Virus record (IMG/VR): IMGVR_UViG_3300028416_000004
Coordinates: 62,001-126,000 of that record
Strand: one strand, 5' to 3'
Length of the DNA: 64,000 nt
The notes under the pieces are model-generated. The model did not search any database and was not told where the DNA came from. It saw only the letters and a list, made by a program, of their open reading frames with translations. Shown in pieces: positions 21,464-30,562 of the stretch. Position numbers and translations under genes: made by a program. Every line of letters starts with the position of its first letter. The first letter of the stretch is position 1.

Positions 21464-24400
21464 TTATTTTAAATGTTTAGTGTCCTTTAAAATAATTTCT
21501 TGTAAATCTTTACCGTCTATTTGTAATTGTACAACATGAGTAACTTTTCTATCTTCTGCTTTATTAATTTCTGCAACAAATTTACCCATTTCCGCTCCAC
21601 CTTCTGCCATAACCTCAGAAAGTTGTTGAAGCTTTTCCATATTCATTGCAGCTACAGCAGCTTCTAATTGAGCAACACCAGCACTCATTCTCTCTAAACC
21701 ATCAGCTCCCATTTGTAGATTTGGAGCTAAACTTGACATGTCATCTTTTAGTGCAGAAATTGCACTCAACATAACAGTTATACCCAAAATAGAAAGAGGG
21801 TTAAACATTAATAAACCAGCTGCAGCGAAACCTAACAAAGCAGGTCCTAATGCGTTAAGAGCACCAGCTAAACCTATTAAGCCACTCCATTCAGTTGTTG
21901 CCATTGATATTAATAATGGTGCAGCTTGAGCCAACATAGGCGCAGCTTGTGCTAACATAGCAGCTCCAATTAATAAACCTACACCAGCAATTGCAGTATC
22001 AATCCCAAAAGCACCTATAGCCTCTGCAAATGGTGCCAAACCACTCCAGTCTGCATCTTTTATTTGCTCTAAAGGAGCGAGAGCTTGTACTAAATAATTT
22101 CCAGCTTGACTCATCATATAAGCTCCAACTAACAATGCAGCTCCAGCAATAGCTAAACCGCCTGCTCCAAGTAACAAGAAAGGCCAAGCAAAAGCCATAC
22201 CTACACCTAACGCAGTCAAAGCGGCAACAACCAATATAGCTACACCAACACCAGCTAATACATTTAACCAGTCAACATCACTCATCATTTGTGCAGCATA
22301 AGCAAAAGGAACTAACGCTAATCCCATTGTACCCATAGCAAGAGCACCCTTTATGACATCTCCCATTTTGACTTTTCCTAAAATTTTAGTTGTCAACCAA
22401 AAACCACCAGCCATAATCGCCATAGCTCCAGCTGCAGCGATAAGTTGTGAACCGTCAGGAGCTCCTACTGCAGATATACCAGCCATAAACAAAGCTACAG
22501 ATGCTCCAATAGTAATTAAAGCAAATCCTAATTTTAAAATATCTCCATATTTAACTTCCTTGAACGATTTAAGACCTTCTGCCATAGATTCTATCCAACC
22601 TCCTTTAGCAGAATCTCCTTGTGGAGACTCTGGCGGTGTAGGACCTTGAATTGAATTACCTCCTGGTTTAATCTTGCTAAACATACTTTTAACACTTCCT
22701 AAAAAACCTTTTCCGCTCATTGAGGCATTAAACCCTCTAGCCATCATAATACCATTAGCAAAAGCTTTGGCTGGACCAAATAAAAGCATCATAGTAGCCA
22801 TAAAACCTCCTATAGCAGTTTTCATACCTGTACCTAAACTATTTATCCATTGAACTACATTGGTAGCAATTTGTACAGCTTTCTGTAAAAAAGGTAACAA
22901 CACATTAGTAAAAGAAGTTTTTAAATTTGTAATACTTTCTTTTAAGCCCATATTTTGATTAGCCTGCTCTTCCAAGTCAGCCTTTTCTTTAGCTTTCTGG
23001 TCCATCAATGTCTTTATTTGTTGTTGATTCATATTTTGCAAATCATCTAAACCTTCAACACCAGCATTGACACTTAATTTACCATCTTTAATACTTGTAG
23101 CTTGCATTAAAAATGCTTTTTCTTCATCAGTTAAATTTTCTCCCAATAAACTTGGAGGTAACATTTCTAACTTTCTGTTATCATCTGCATTTTGAGCAAT
23201 CATTTTTTGAAGACTATCCATAGATTGTCCTGTAGCATCAGAGACCATTTGCAATCTATCTACATCTATTGGGTCAAATTTATATTCACCATCTTCATTA
23301 AAAGCACCTATATCTTTACCCATTTGACCTAATATTTTTTGCATCTCTTCTGGACCTTTACGTGCAGCAGATAATAATTGCATAGGGTCTATAGCAGCAA
23401 ATGAACCACCAGCCAATTGTAAATCAGCAGCCATTTGCATTGCTCCTTCTATATTTCTAGCTCTTTTACCAGTTTCAAATATTTCATCCACATTCATTCC
23501 AAGCCTTTTTGATTCTAAGACCATCTTCCTTAAAGAAGCTTCTCCTCCAGTGAAACCCATTTGACGCATTTTTGACATACTTTTAGACATTTCTTGCATC
23601 ACTTCTTTACCACTTAAACCATAAGCGGCAGCATCTTTCATAGTTGCTGATGCATTTTCAGTCATTGCTTGAGTATTAGAACCAAATTTTAAATATTCTG
23701 CTGCTAATTTAGCCGTTTCTGCAGCATTTAAACCAGTCGCTTTTCCCATAGCAGCCAAATCTACTGCTGCTTCTTTTAAAGCACCAAAATTAGTAGTACG
23801 AAGTTCTTTTCCCAATTCACCCATGAATGCAGTCGCTTCTTGAACACCCATACCAAAACGTGCAGCTTCACCTGTTAATTGACTCATTCCAACAGCGTTT
23901 TGGTCAAAAGCTATACCTGTATCTATTTGTGCTTTTTTAATAGTTGCATCATATTCTTTAGCTCCATTAATTAGATTTTCAAAACTAAAACCTTTAGTTA
24001 TGTTTTGACCTATTGCAGAAAGACCAGAAGATAATGAAAATGTAGTTTTTTTAAAGTTATCAATTTCATCAGAAACTATTGCCATTTCAGCTGACAATTC
24101 TTTACCTTCTTCAACAGATTTTGCTAATTCTTGTGTTAATTTTTTATCTAAATTTGCAGTTTGTATTTTTTCCATAAAACCATCACCAAACTGACCCAAA
24201 CTTTGAGATAAAGCCATAAAATCTATTTCACCTTTGTTCCAATGTTTTGATAATGCTTGAGCTTCTACTGTACTAAGACCTAATTTATCAGCAAATTGTT
24301 CAGAATTCTCAATTGCTACTCCTGATTTTTTAATTAAATCCTGAAATTGTTGATTCATTTCAGCACCTGATTCTAAACTTTTTTTCTTTAAGTCGTCTAA

Positions 24401-24613
24401 TCTTGTAGTAAGATGTTCAGTTGCTTTTGCAAATTCATCATTTGTTAAGTCTCTAAAGAACTTATTTCCATCTATACCCAATAAAGTACTAGATATTTCA
24501 TCAAAATACTTTTTTTGCTTTTGTAAAGATTCTTCACTTTTAGCTAATGCTCTATTATAAGCTTTAGCTGCTTCTAAAGCCTTCCCACTAAGTCCTTCTT
24601 CGTTAACTGCCAT
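21464..24613 (-). CDS. Tail tape measure protein
   Basis: 1049 aa, Ala/Gly/Met-rich and helical, with hydrophobic C-terminal repeats and a VQLQIDGK terminus; upstream of baseplate genes. Confidence 0.88.
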   Translation of the reverse strand: MAVNEEGLSGKALEAAKAYNRALAKSEESLQKQKKYFDEISSTLLGIDGNKFFRDLTNDEFAKATEHLTTRLDDLKKKSLESGAEMNQQFQDLIKKSGVAIENSEQFADKLGLSTVEAQALSKHWNKGEIDFMALSQSLGQFGDGFMEKIQTANLDKKLTQELAKSVEEGKELSAEMAIVSDEIDNFKKTTFSLSSGLSAIGQNITKGFSFENLINGAKEYDATIKKAQIDTGIAFDQNAVGMSQLTGEAARFGMGVQEATAFMGELGKELRTTNFGALKEAAVDLAAMGKATGLNAAETAKLAAEYLKFGSNTQAMTENASATMKDAAAYGLSGKEVMQEMSKSMSKMRQMGFTGGEASLRKMVLESKRLGMNVDEIFETGKRARNIEGAMQMAADLQLAGGSFAAIDPMQLLSAARKGPEEMQKILGQMGKDIGAFNEDGEYKFDPIDVDRLQMVSDATGQSMDSLQKMIAQNADDNRKLEMLPPSLLGENLTDEEKAFLMQATSIKDGKLSVNAGVEGLDDLQNMNQQQIKTLMDQKAKEKADLEEQANQNMGLKESITNLKTSFTNVLLPFLQKAVQIATNVVQWINSLGTGMKTAIGGFMATMMLLFGPAKAFANGIMMARGFNASMSGKGFLGSVKSMFSKIKPGGNSIQGPTPPESPQGDSAKGGWIESMAEGLKSFKEVKYGDILKLGFALITIGASVALFMAGISAVGAPDGSQLIAAAGAMAIMAGGFWLTTKILGKVKMGDVIKGALAMGTMGLALVPFAYAAQMMSDVDWLNVLAGVGVAILVVAALTALGVGMAFAWPFLLLGAGGLAIAGAALLVGAYMMSQAGNYLVQALAPLEQIKDADWSGLAPFAEAIGAFGIDTAIAGVGLLIGAAMLAQAAPMLAQAAPLLISMATTEWSGLIGLAGALNALGPALLGFAAAGLLMFNPLSILGITVMLSAISALKDDMSSLAPNLQMGADGLERMSAGVAQLEAAVAAMNMEKLQQLSEVMAEGGAEMGKFVAEINKAEDRKVTHVVQLQIDGKDLQEIILKDTKHLK

Positions 24614-24680
24614 TTTATCAATTTATATCAATAATAAATATATTTTAATAAAAATATCTTAACAACTTTTAAAGTAAATA

Positions 24681-24710
24681 AAAAAAAGGAAGTTTAAAAC
24701 TTCCTTTTTT
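24681..24710. terminator. Rho-independent terminator (symmetric)
   Basis: AAAAAAGGAAGTTT / AAACTTCCTTTTTT near-perfect palindrome. Confidence 0.8.
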
Positions 24711-24742
24711 ATTTTGTTATATTTTATTATTTTATTTTATCC

Positions 24743-25339
24743 TCACTTATTTCCTCCATAAAAATCTTTTAAGTAATCTATTTTTTGAGAATTAGACATT
24801 TGTGCCATCTTTTGATTCATAATATTTTTAACTGTCTGAAACTCATCTTCTTGACCACCACAAGAAGAATTGCCACCTGTAACAGGTCTTGTATCAGGTA
24901 GACTAGCAAGTCTTTTTATTTGCTCTGGAGTTAAAGGTTTACCATCTGAAATTTGATTCCACCCACCTACAATAAATATTGCTCTAAGACATTGAATAAT
25001 TAATAATATGCCTATAAAACCTGCAACACCTTTTTTCGTAGTAGTATCATCTGTGAAAATTTCAACAAAATCTGTTATTAAATCAGTTTCTACTAGTAAT
25101 ATGTAACCATTAAAGAAAAATAAAAATAATCCCATTAAAATTACAGGTATTGGCTTTTGCCATCTAGCATCTGGCCCTGCTACAAATAATTGAAAAATAA
25201 ACCTAATAAACAAAAAAGGATAAAGTATAATAGGCGTTTTAACTTCTTCTTCATTATCTATTTGAGGTTGATTATTTAAATTTAACTCACTAGATAAATG
25301 TTTACCAAATCTTTTTTCATATTCTTCAAATCTACTCAT
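24743..25339 (-). CDS. Hypothetical membrane protein
   Basis: Three hydrophobic segments in a 198-aa ORF. Confidence 0.7.
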   Translation of the reverse strand: MSRFEEYEKRFGKHLSSELNLNNQPQIDNEEEVKTPIILYPFLFIRFIFQLFVAGPDARWQKPIPVILMGLFLFFFNGYILLVETDLITDFVEIFTDDTTTKKGVAGFIGILLIIQCLRAIFIVGGWNQISDGKPLTPEQIKRLASLPDTRPVTGGNSSCGGQEDEFQTVKNIMNQKMAQMSNSQKIDYLKDFYGGNK

Positions 25340-25400
25340 AACTGTAATTTTATTGTTTATTATATTATATAAACGTATTAATTTAAAAAATATTACAATT

Positions 25401-26885
25401 TTAAATAATTTTTTTTAAAATTTTTACAATAGACATTTGAGAATCATTTTCAGTAAGGTACTTTTTTTGTAATGCAGCTATATGTGGTGGTAATTTTCCT
25501 GGAGTGGATTTTGTTTTTGTTTTATTTTCTTTTTCTCCAGAAATTTCTTTTTTTAATAAATTTAAGTAATATTGAGTTATATTATCAGACTTAAAATTAT
25601 TTATAACATCTTGTCTAAACCTAGAAAAATAAGACATAACCTTATCTCTCTCTGAATCTTTATTTTTAAAAGCTTCTCCTTTTTCTTTTGGGTACATAAA
25701 TGCTAAACTAGGATATTCTCCATAACCATCTACCCTACCTTCTTCTACCAACCTTTTGAAGAAATTTAAATATTTAAAAAACATACCGCTATTAATATCT
25801 TCCTTAAATTTATTTACACTTTTAAACAACTCTTCATCATCCTCTAAATCTAAAATATAATAACCTTTTCCTCCTGGTTTCCAACCTTTTCTTTTAGTTT
25901 TTATATCAAACCTATTAGATTTTGGTTCTTTTTTTTGTTCAGTAGTTTCTTCACCTTCCTTAGATTCATATTCTGAAGTTTTCACTTCTATATATTGAAC
26001 TCCTTTATTAATATCTATCACTCCAGGTATACTAAAAACTTTACCTATTTGTACGTAAGAGTTTTCAAAGTCACTTTTAGTTCTATTATAATTCTCCCAA
26101 GACACTTCTACACCATTTATTTTCATATCTAAAGACTCATAATCAATACCCTTATCAATTATTAAAAGATGTTCTACATCATTATTATCAACAATCTTTA
26201 TCTGCATTCCTTCTGCCACTTGTATAATAGATAGCTTTTTATGTTTTGTATTTTCTTTAGCCATCCTAAGACCCATAACAAAACCAGTGCCCACGGAACA
26301 TCCTCCAGACTTAAAATCCCATGGACTTATTTTAAACCCATCGGAACCAGCTATGTAATATCCATCAACTATCTGTCCGCCAGTTATAATACCATTAGAA
26401 AGTATACCCATAAAAGTTCCACTTTCCCATTCTCCTACAAAATTAATTAATCTACCTTTTATACCTCCTTTTGAATATTTTTTTGCAGTACTACTTAATG
26501 ACAATCTTTTTGCAGACCAACTTCCTTTATAAATCCACTCTATTGAATTATTTACTTTTAAAGCCCTTTCTTTATTTGAAACGAAAACATTTTTACCAGA
26601 AGACTTAGTTTCTACTTCTTCCAATTCGAAAAAGAAAAAAGGTAATAAATCATCAGAAATTTCTTCAGCATAATTATCACCTATTTTATATAAATCAGCA
26701 TTTGAAATATTTGATGTTTGCACACTAGAAGTGGTTTTTACTTTAATTGGCTCACTCTCTTTATCTTCTAACGAATATTTTTGACCCAACAAACCTTTAC
26801 CGAAAGATTTTAAAGCATGTCCAATACCTAATATTTCATCCAATCTTTCTTGTATTTCTTTTATATTTTTTTCGTATTTTCCCAT
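25401..26885 (-). CDS. Hypothetical protein, possible head/ejected protein
   Basis: 494-aa ORF; N-terminal IKE..LDE and C-terminal LTE motifs; short GxWxxG repeats. Confidence 0.6.
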   Translation of the reverse strand: MGKYEKNIKEIQERLDEILGIGHALKSFGKGLLGQKYSLEDKESEPIKVKTTSSVQTSNISNADLYKIGDNYAEEISDDLLPFFFFELEEVETKSSGKNVFVSNKERALKVNNSIEWIYKGSWSAKRLSLSSTAKKYSKGGIKGRLINFVGEWESGTFMGILSNGIITGGQIVDGYYIAGSDGFKISPWDFKSGGCSVGTGFVMGLRMAKENTKHKKLSIIQVAEGMQIKIVDNNDVEHLLIIDKGIDYESLDMKINGVEVSWENYNRTKSDFENSYVQIGKVFSIPGVIDINKGVQYIEVKTSEYESKEGEETTEQKKEPKSNRFDIKTKRKGWKPGGKGYYILDLEDDEELFKSVNKFKEDINSGMFFKYLNFFKRLVEEGRVDGYGEYPSLAFMYPKEKGEAFKNKDSERDKVMSYFSRFRQDVINNFKSDNITQYYLNLLKKEISGEKENKTKTKSTPGKLPPHIAALQKKYLTENDSQMSIVKILKKII

Positions 26886-26897
26886 TTTAATAAATTA

Positions 26898-27383
26898 TTA
26901 AATTCCTAAAAATTTCTTCATTTCATCATTTATTACTTCTTTTGCATTTGATTTTAAAAAATCAGAAAGTATTTTAGACCATTTATTTAAACTGTCAATT
27001 AAATCTTTTTTATGTGAACCATTTGCCTTATAATAAGATAAAGCTTCATTAAAAATTTTTAAAAATGTTTTGAAGTGTTTTTCAATAAAATTTTCATAAC
27101 TACTTCCACCTTCATCTTTAATACTAACTAAATACTTTTTATATTCATCAATTTTTTTATTTAAATCTTCTTTATTTTCAAAAGACAAACTTTTAGACCA
27201 AACATCTTTTATATTTGAATCTACTTTCTTATTTGATTTGTTATCGGAATTTAATTCACTTCCTGTGATAGATGCATATTTTGGGTCGTTAAATTGAGCA
27301 AAATTATGAAACATACCTCTTCCGTTACTTCCTAAATTTAAAGCCTCTCTTATAATATTTCTTAAGTATTTTTTAGAATCCAT
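26898..27383 (-). CDS. Hypothetical protein, possible internal head protein
   Basis: N-terminal LRNIIREAL motif; TATTTAT at 27403-27409. Confidence 0.6.
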   Translation of the reverse strand: MDSKKYLRNIIREALNLGSNGRGMFHNFAQFNDPKYASITGSELNSDNKSNKKVDSNIKDVWSKSLSFENKEDLNKKIDEYKKYLVSIKDEGGSSYENFIEKHFKTFLKIFNEALSYYKANGSHKKDLIDSLNKWSKILSDFLKSNAKEVINDEMKKFLGI

Positions 27384-27430
27384 ATTTGAAATTAATTTAG
27401 TTATAAATAGTTTTCTTTTTTAAAAACAAA

Positions 27431-27457
27431 AAAAGCTCAAACATAATTTGAGCTTTT
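27431..27457 (-). terminator. Rho-independent terminator
   Basis: AAAAGCTCAAA-CATAA-TTTGAGCTTTT inverted repeat. Confidence 0.78.
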
Positions 27458-27478
27458 ATTTTTATATCTATGAAAATA

Positions 27479-27679
27479 TTAAATAGCTTTAACTTCTATC
27501 ACTTCATAAAACCAACCACTATCAGTATTTGTATTAAAAATTTCACACATTTTTTCAGCTTCTTTCTGATTTTTTGTCTCAAAAACTTCTGAATTTGAAT
27601 CTAAAATTAAAACGTGAACAGTTTTATCCTTACGTTTCATTATTTTTTTTATCTGGAAAATTGTTTTTTTATTAGACAT
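27479..27679 (-). CDS. Hypothetical protein
   Basis: 66-aa ORF tightly coupled to the upstream ORF and followed by a terminator. Confidence 0.65.
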   Translation of the reverse strand: MSNKKTIFQIKKIMKRKDKTVHVLILDSNSEVFETKNQKEAEKMCEIFNTNTDSGWFYEVIEVKAI

Positions 27680-27681
27680 AA

Positions 27682-28053
27682 TTATTCTTTTATTAATTCA
27701 TAAAATTCTTTCTCTTTTGAATTTACAATATCTTTTACCATTTCATTTCTAACTTTCTCTCTAGAATCCATAAAGATTGAAGCTAAAGAGTTAAATTCTG
27801 AAAGGTCCATTTCAAATTCTTTATAATTTACATACTCCCCAAAAATAACACCAACTGAATATTTATAACTCTTACTTTGTTTTTCTTGAGCGGATACATA
27901 AATAGATATTCCATCTTTCAATATCAATAAATAATAAGGACTAGAATCTGAACCTTCTAATAAAAATGAAGATTCTTTTTTTAACTCCTTACATTTTCTT
28001 GTCCACAAAGAAATTATTTGTTCTTTTTTTAATGAATTTTTATTATTTTCCAT
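27682..28053 (-). CDS. Hypothetical protein
   Basis: 123-aa ORF preceded by TATATTTG at 28073-28080. Confidence 0.7.
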   Translation of the reverse strand: MENNKNSLKKEQIISLWTRKCKELKKESSFLLEGSDSSPYYLLILKDGISIYVSAQEKQSKSYKYSVGVIFGEYVNYKEFEMDLSEFNSLASIFMDSREKVRNEMVKDIVNSKEKEFYELIKE

Positions 28054-28110
28054 AATTTTTTATTTTATTTCACAAATATATGCATTTTATAGAAATTATG
28101 CAAATTTTAT

Positions 28111-29085
28111 TTATTTTTTAGATTTAGCTCTATTTGCTGCATCTCTATCTGCTTTATTTTTCTTTTCAACTTCTTCTTGTATCCTCTCTAATACCCATCT
28201 TCTTTCATATACTGGCATATTAAAGACATCATCTCTTGAAAATCCGCCCTTTCCATAATAGGTAATTAAAAATATTTCATCCATCATATGACTTCTATAC
28301 TCTGGAGTTAAACCAAAAAAATCATAATCTATAGGAATTTTACTATAAGAAGTATGGTTACAAAAATTACACTCACTTTTAATTATATTATCTATTCCAG
28401 GTTCTATCCTCTCCATATATTCTCTTAATTTATATGAATCTTTTATGGGCATATTTTTGATTACTTTTTTTATAAACGTTTGGTCTCTAACACCATTTAT
28501 GCTAATAATTTGATTTCTATATGTAGCTTCTATAATATTTTCAACTTTTTGACCACCTACAACCTTAAATTCTTCTGAAACTATTTTTTTTATTTGTTTT
28601 TCGTCTTTTAAAGTTTTAGGTCTAAACTTTACAATAACTTCTTCACCATTTAATTTCATATTTGGCATTTTAAAAGTATATTGATGATTTTCATCTGGCA
28701 AATCTTCTGAATGAAACTCTTTCATTTCTAAAGAAGATAAATTAAAACTAGTTTCACTTTCTTTTTTACAATGTGGACAAACATACTTGAAAGAAACTTT
28801 ATCTCCATAAGAAGTAGACCTCAAATAAACCATAAAAGCATCTCTATCTCCAATTAAAAGATTTTCTACTTCACCCTCCCAGTCTAGCAAACACGAACTC
28901 ATCAACATTTCTATAGCTTTACCAGAATCAATTAAAGTTGGTGAAGTTAGTAAATTCTCTTCTTTTGCAGTTATGTATTTAACTAAAAAAGTTGATTTTT
29001 TATTATCATAAAAAATACCCCTTGAAGGAATTGTAATCTCATCAAAGGGTACATTATTATTTTTTACTATATCCTTATATAGCAT
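28111..29085 (-). CDS. T4 gp26-like baseplate hub assembly protein fused to a gp51-like C-terminal extension
   Basis: IPSRG.FY, KYITAKEENLLTS, GDRDA...LR...YG, two CxxC pairs, PGID; extension YR...EIF...GGFS...NMPVYERR. Confidence 0.78.
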   Translation of the reverse strand: MLYKDIVKNNNVPFDEITIPSRGIFYDNKKSTFLVKYITAKEENLLTSPTLIDSGKAIEMLMSSCLLDWEGEVENLLIGDRDAFMVYLRSTSYGDKVSFKYVCPHCKKESETSFNLSSLEMKEFHSEDLPDENHQYTFKMPNMKLNGEEVIVKFRPKTLKDEKQIKKIVSEEFKVVGGQKVENIIEATYRNQIISINGVRDQTFIKKVIKNMPIKDSYKLREYMERIEPGIDNIIKSECNFCNHTSYSKIPIDYDFFGLTPEYRSHMMDEIFLITYYGKGGFSRDDVFNMPVYERRWVLERIQEEVEKKNKADRDAANRAKSKK

Positions 29086-29090
29086 ATCTT

Positions 29091-30005
29091 TTAAACGTTA
29101 GCGTTAGGCCAGAATAATTTTGCAGTAATAGGAACTTCTTGTGAATAATGAGTTCCACAATTGTTACATTCAAAATCATAATTTAAATCAACTCCTGGTT
29201 CAACTTCTGCTAAATATTCTCTAAAGAAAAAACTATCAGCTATAGGCATAACACCTATAAATTTTTTAATATAAGTTTTATCTCTATTTCCATTTACATC
29301 CATTATTTGTAACAAATACCTTTCAGTAAGAACTGTAGCAACTTTAAGTTTACCTTTTATAGTTTTTTTACCTACTTCAGAAGCTTTTTGAAGTCTATTT
29401 TCATCTGAACCATTCAAAAGTCTAAATTTAATATTAGCTTTACATTTTGGTAATTGAACTGAAAACAATCCTTCAGAATCAGGCTCAATTAGCATTTCTT
29501 TATTTTTTAATTGAGATAAAAGAATGTTTTTTTCATTTACTTCTGAACAATTTGGGCAAGTAGTTTTAGTTTCATATTCATCACCATAACCAGTTATTCT
29601 TAAAGCAATTAGAACTGCATTCCTATCTCCAGTAAGCATTTCGCTAGGAGTTATATCTTTATCAATCATAGCATTTTCTAATAAAACATCTAAAACCTTA
29701 CCGCTCTTAATTAAATCGCCACTAGTTAAAATGTTTTCATCTTCAGCAGTTAAATATTTAACTTCAACAGTTTTTTTTCTATTAGCATAAAACGCTCCTT
29801 TTGAAGGAAGTTCAACATAATCTGTAGGAACTTCAAATTCTGTATCAACAAATTGATTAGGGATATCGTGTTGTTGAGCAATAGTTTCTGTTCTTGTTTG
29901 ATTTTGTTGATTAGATTGAGTTCTTGCTTGAACTTTTGGCTCTAAAGGGTCACTTGAGTTATACACTTCTCTTTCAGCACCTAAATTAATTTGTTCTTCT
30001 GACAT
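29091..30005 (-). CDS. T4 gp26-like baseplate hub assembly protein (short paralogue)
   Basis: LPSKG.FY, KYLTAEDENILTS, GDRNA...LR..GYG, two CxxC pairs, PGVD; ends LFWPNANV. Confidence 0.82.
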   Translation of the reverse strand: MSEEQINLGAEREVYNSSDPLEPKVQARTQSNQQNQTRTETIAQQHDIPNQFVDTEFEVPTDYVELPSKGAFYANRKKTVEVKYLTAEDENILTSGDLIKSGKVLDVLLENAMIDKDITPSEMLTGDRNAVLIALRITGYGDEYETKTTCPNCSEVNEKNILLSQLKNKEMLIEPDSEGLFSVQLPKCKANIKFRLLNGSDENRLQKASEVGKKTIKGKLKVATVLTERYLLQIMDVNGNRDKTYIKKFIGVMPIADSFFFREYLAEVEPGVDLNYDFECNNCGTHYSQEVPITAKLFWPNANV

Positions 30006-30094
30006 AATTTATTTTTTATTTATTAATTATAAATAGTATTATCTAATTTTTTATAAAAATAATACTGGTTTATAAAAAGTAAACAATAATCATT

Positions 30095-30562
30095 ATGAAT
30101 GAAGAAGAAAAAAAGAAAAAAGTTAACTCAATTTTAAAACAAACTAAAAGAAAACTTTTAAAACCCAGAAACCAAATAAAGAAAATTAAATATTTACATG
30201 CTCAATCTTATAGGATGAGCAAAAATACAACTTGGCCTGAAAGAGAGTTTGAATCTATCCTCAAAGAAATGAATATAGAATATGAATCTCAAAAAATACT
30301 TAAAGGTAAGATATATGATTATTATATACCATCTGCTAATATGTTATGTGAAGTTGATGGTGATTATTATCATGGAAATGAAGAAAAATATGAAACTTTA
30401 AACGAAATGCAAAAAAAAGCGAAACAAAACGATAGATATAAAGATATCATTGCAAAAGGCATGGGTTACGGAATGTTTCGCATTTGGGAATCTGAACTTA
30501 AAAATAGTAGAGATTTAGCAAAAGAAAGAATAATAAACGAAATCTTAATTAAGAAACTCTAA
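30095..30562 (+). CDS. Vsr/DUF559-like (PD-(D/E)xK) endonuclease, probable free-standing homing endonuclease
   Basis: T.PE..F..IL, YDYYIP, EVDGDYYHG, ND..KD..A...GY...RIWESE; on the strand opposite its neighbours. Confidence 0.85.
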   Translation: MNEEEKKKKVNSILKQTKRKLLKPRNQIKKIKYLHAQSYRMSKNTTWPEREFESILKEMNIEYESQKILKGKIYDYYIPSANMLCEVDGDYYHGNEEKYETLNEMQKKAKQNDRYKDIIAKGMGYGMFRIWESELKNSRDLAKERIINEILIKKL

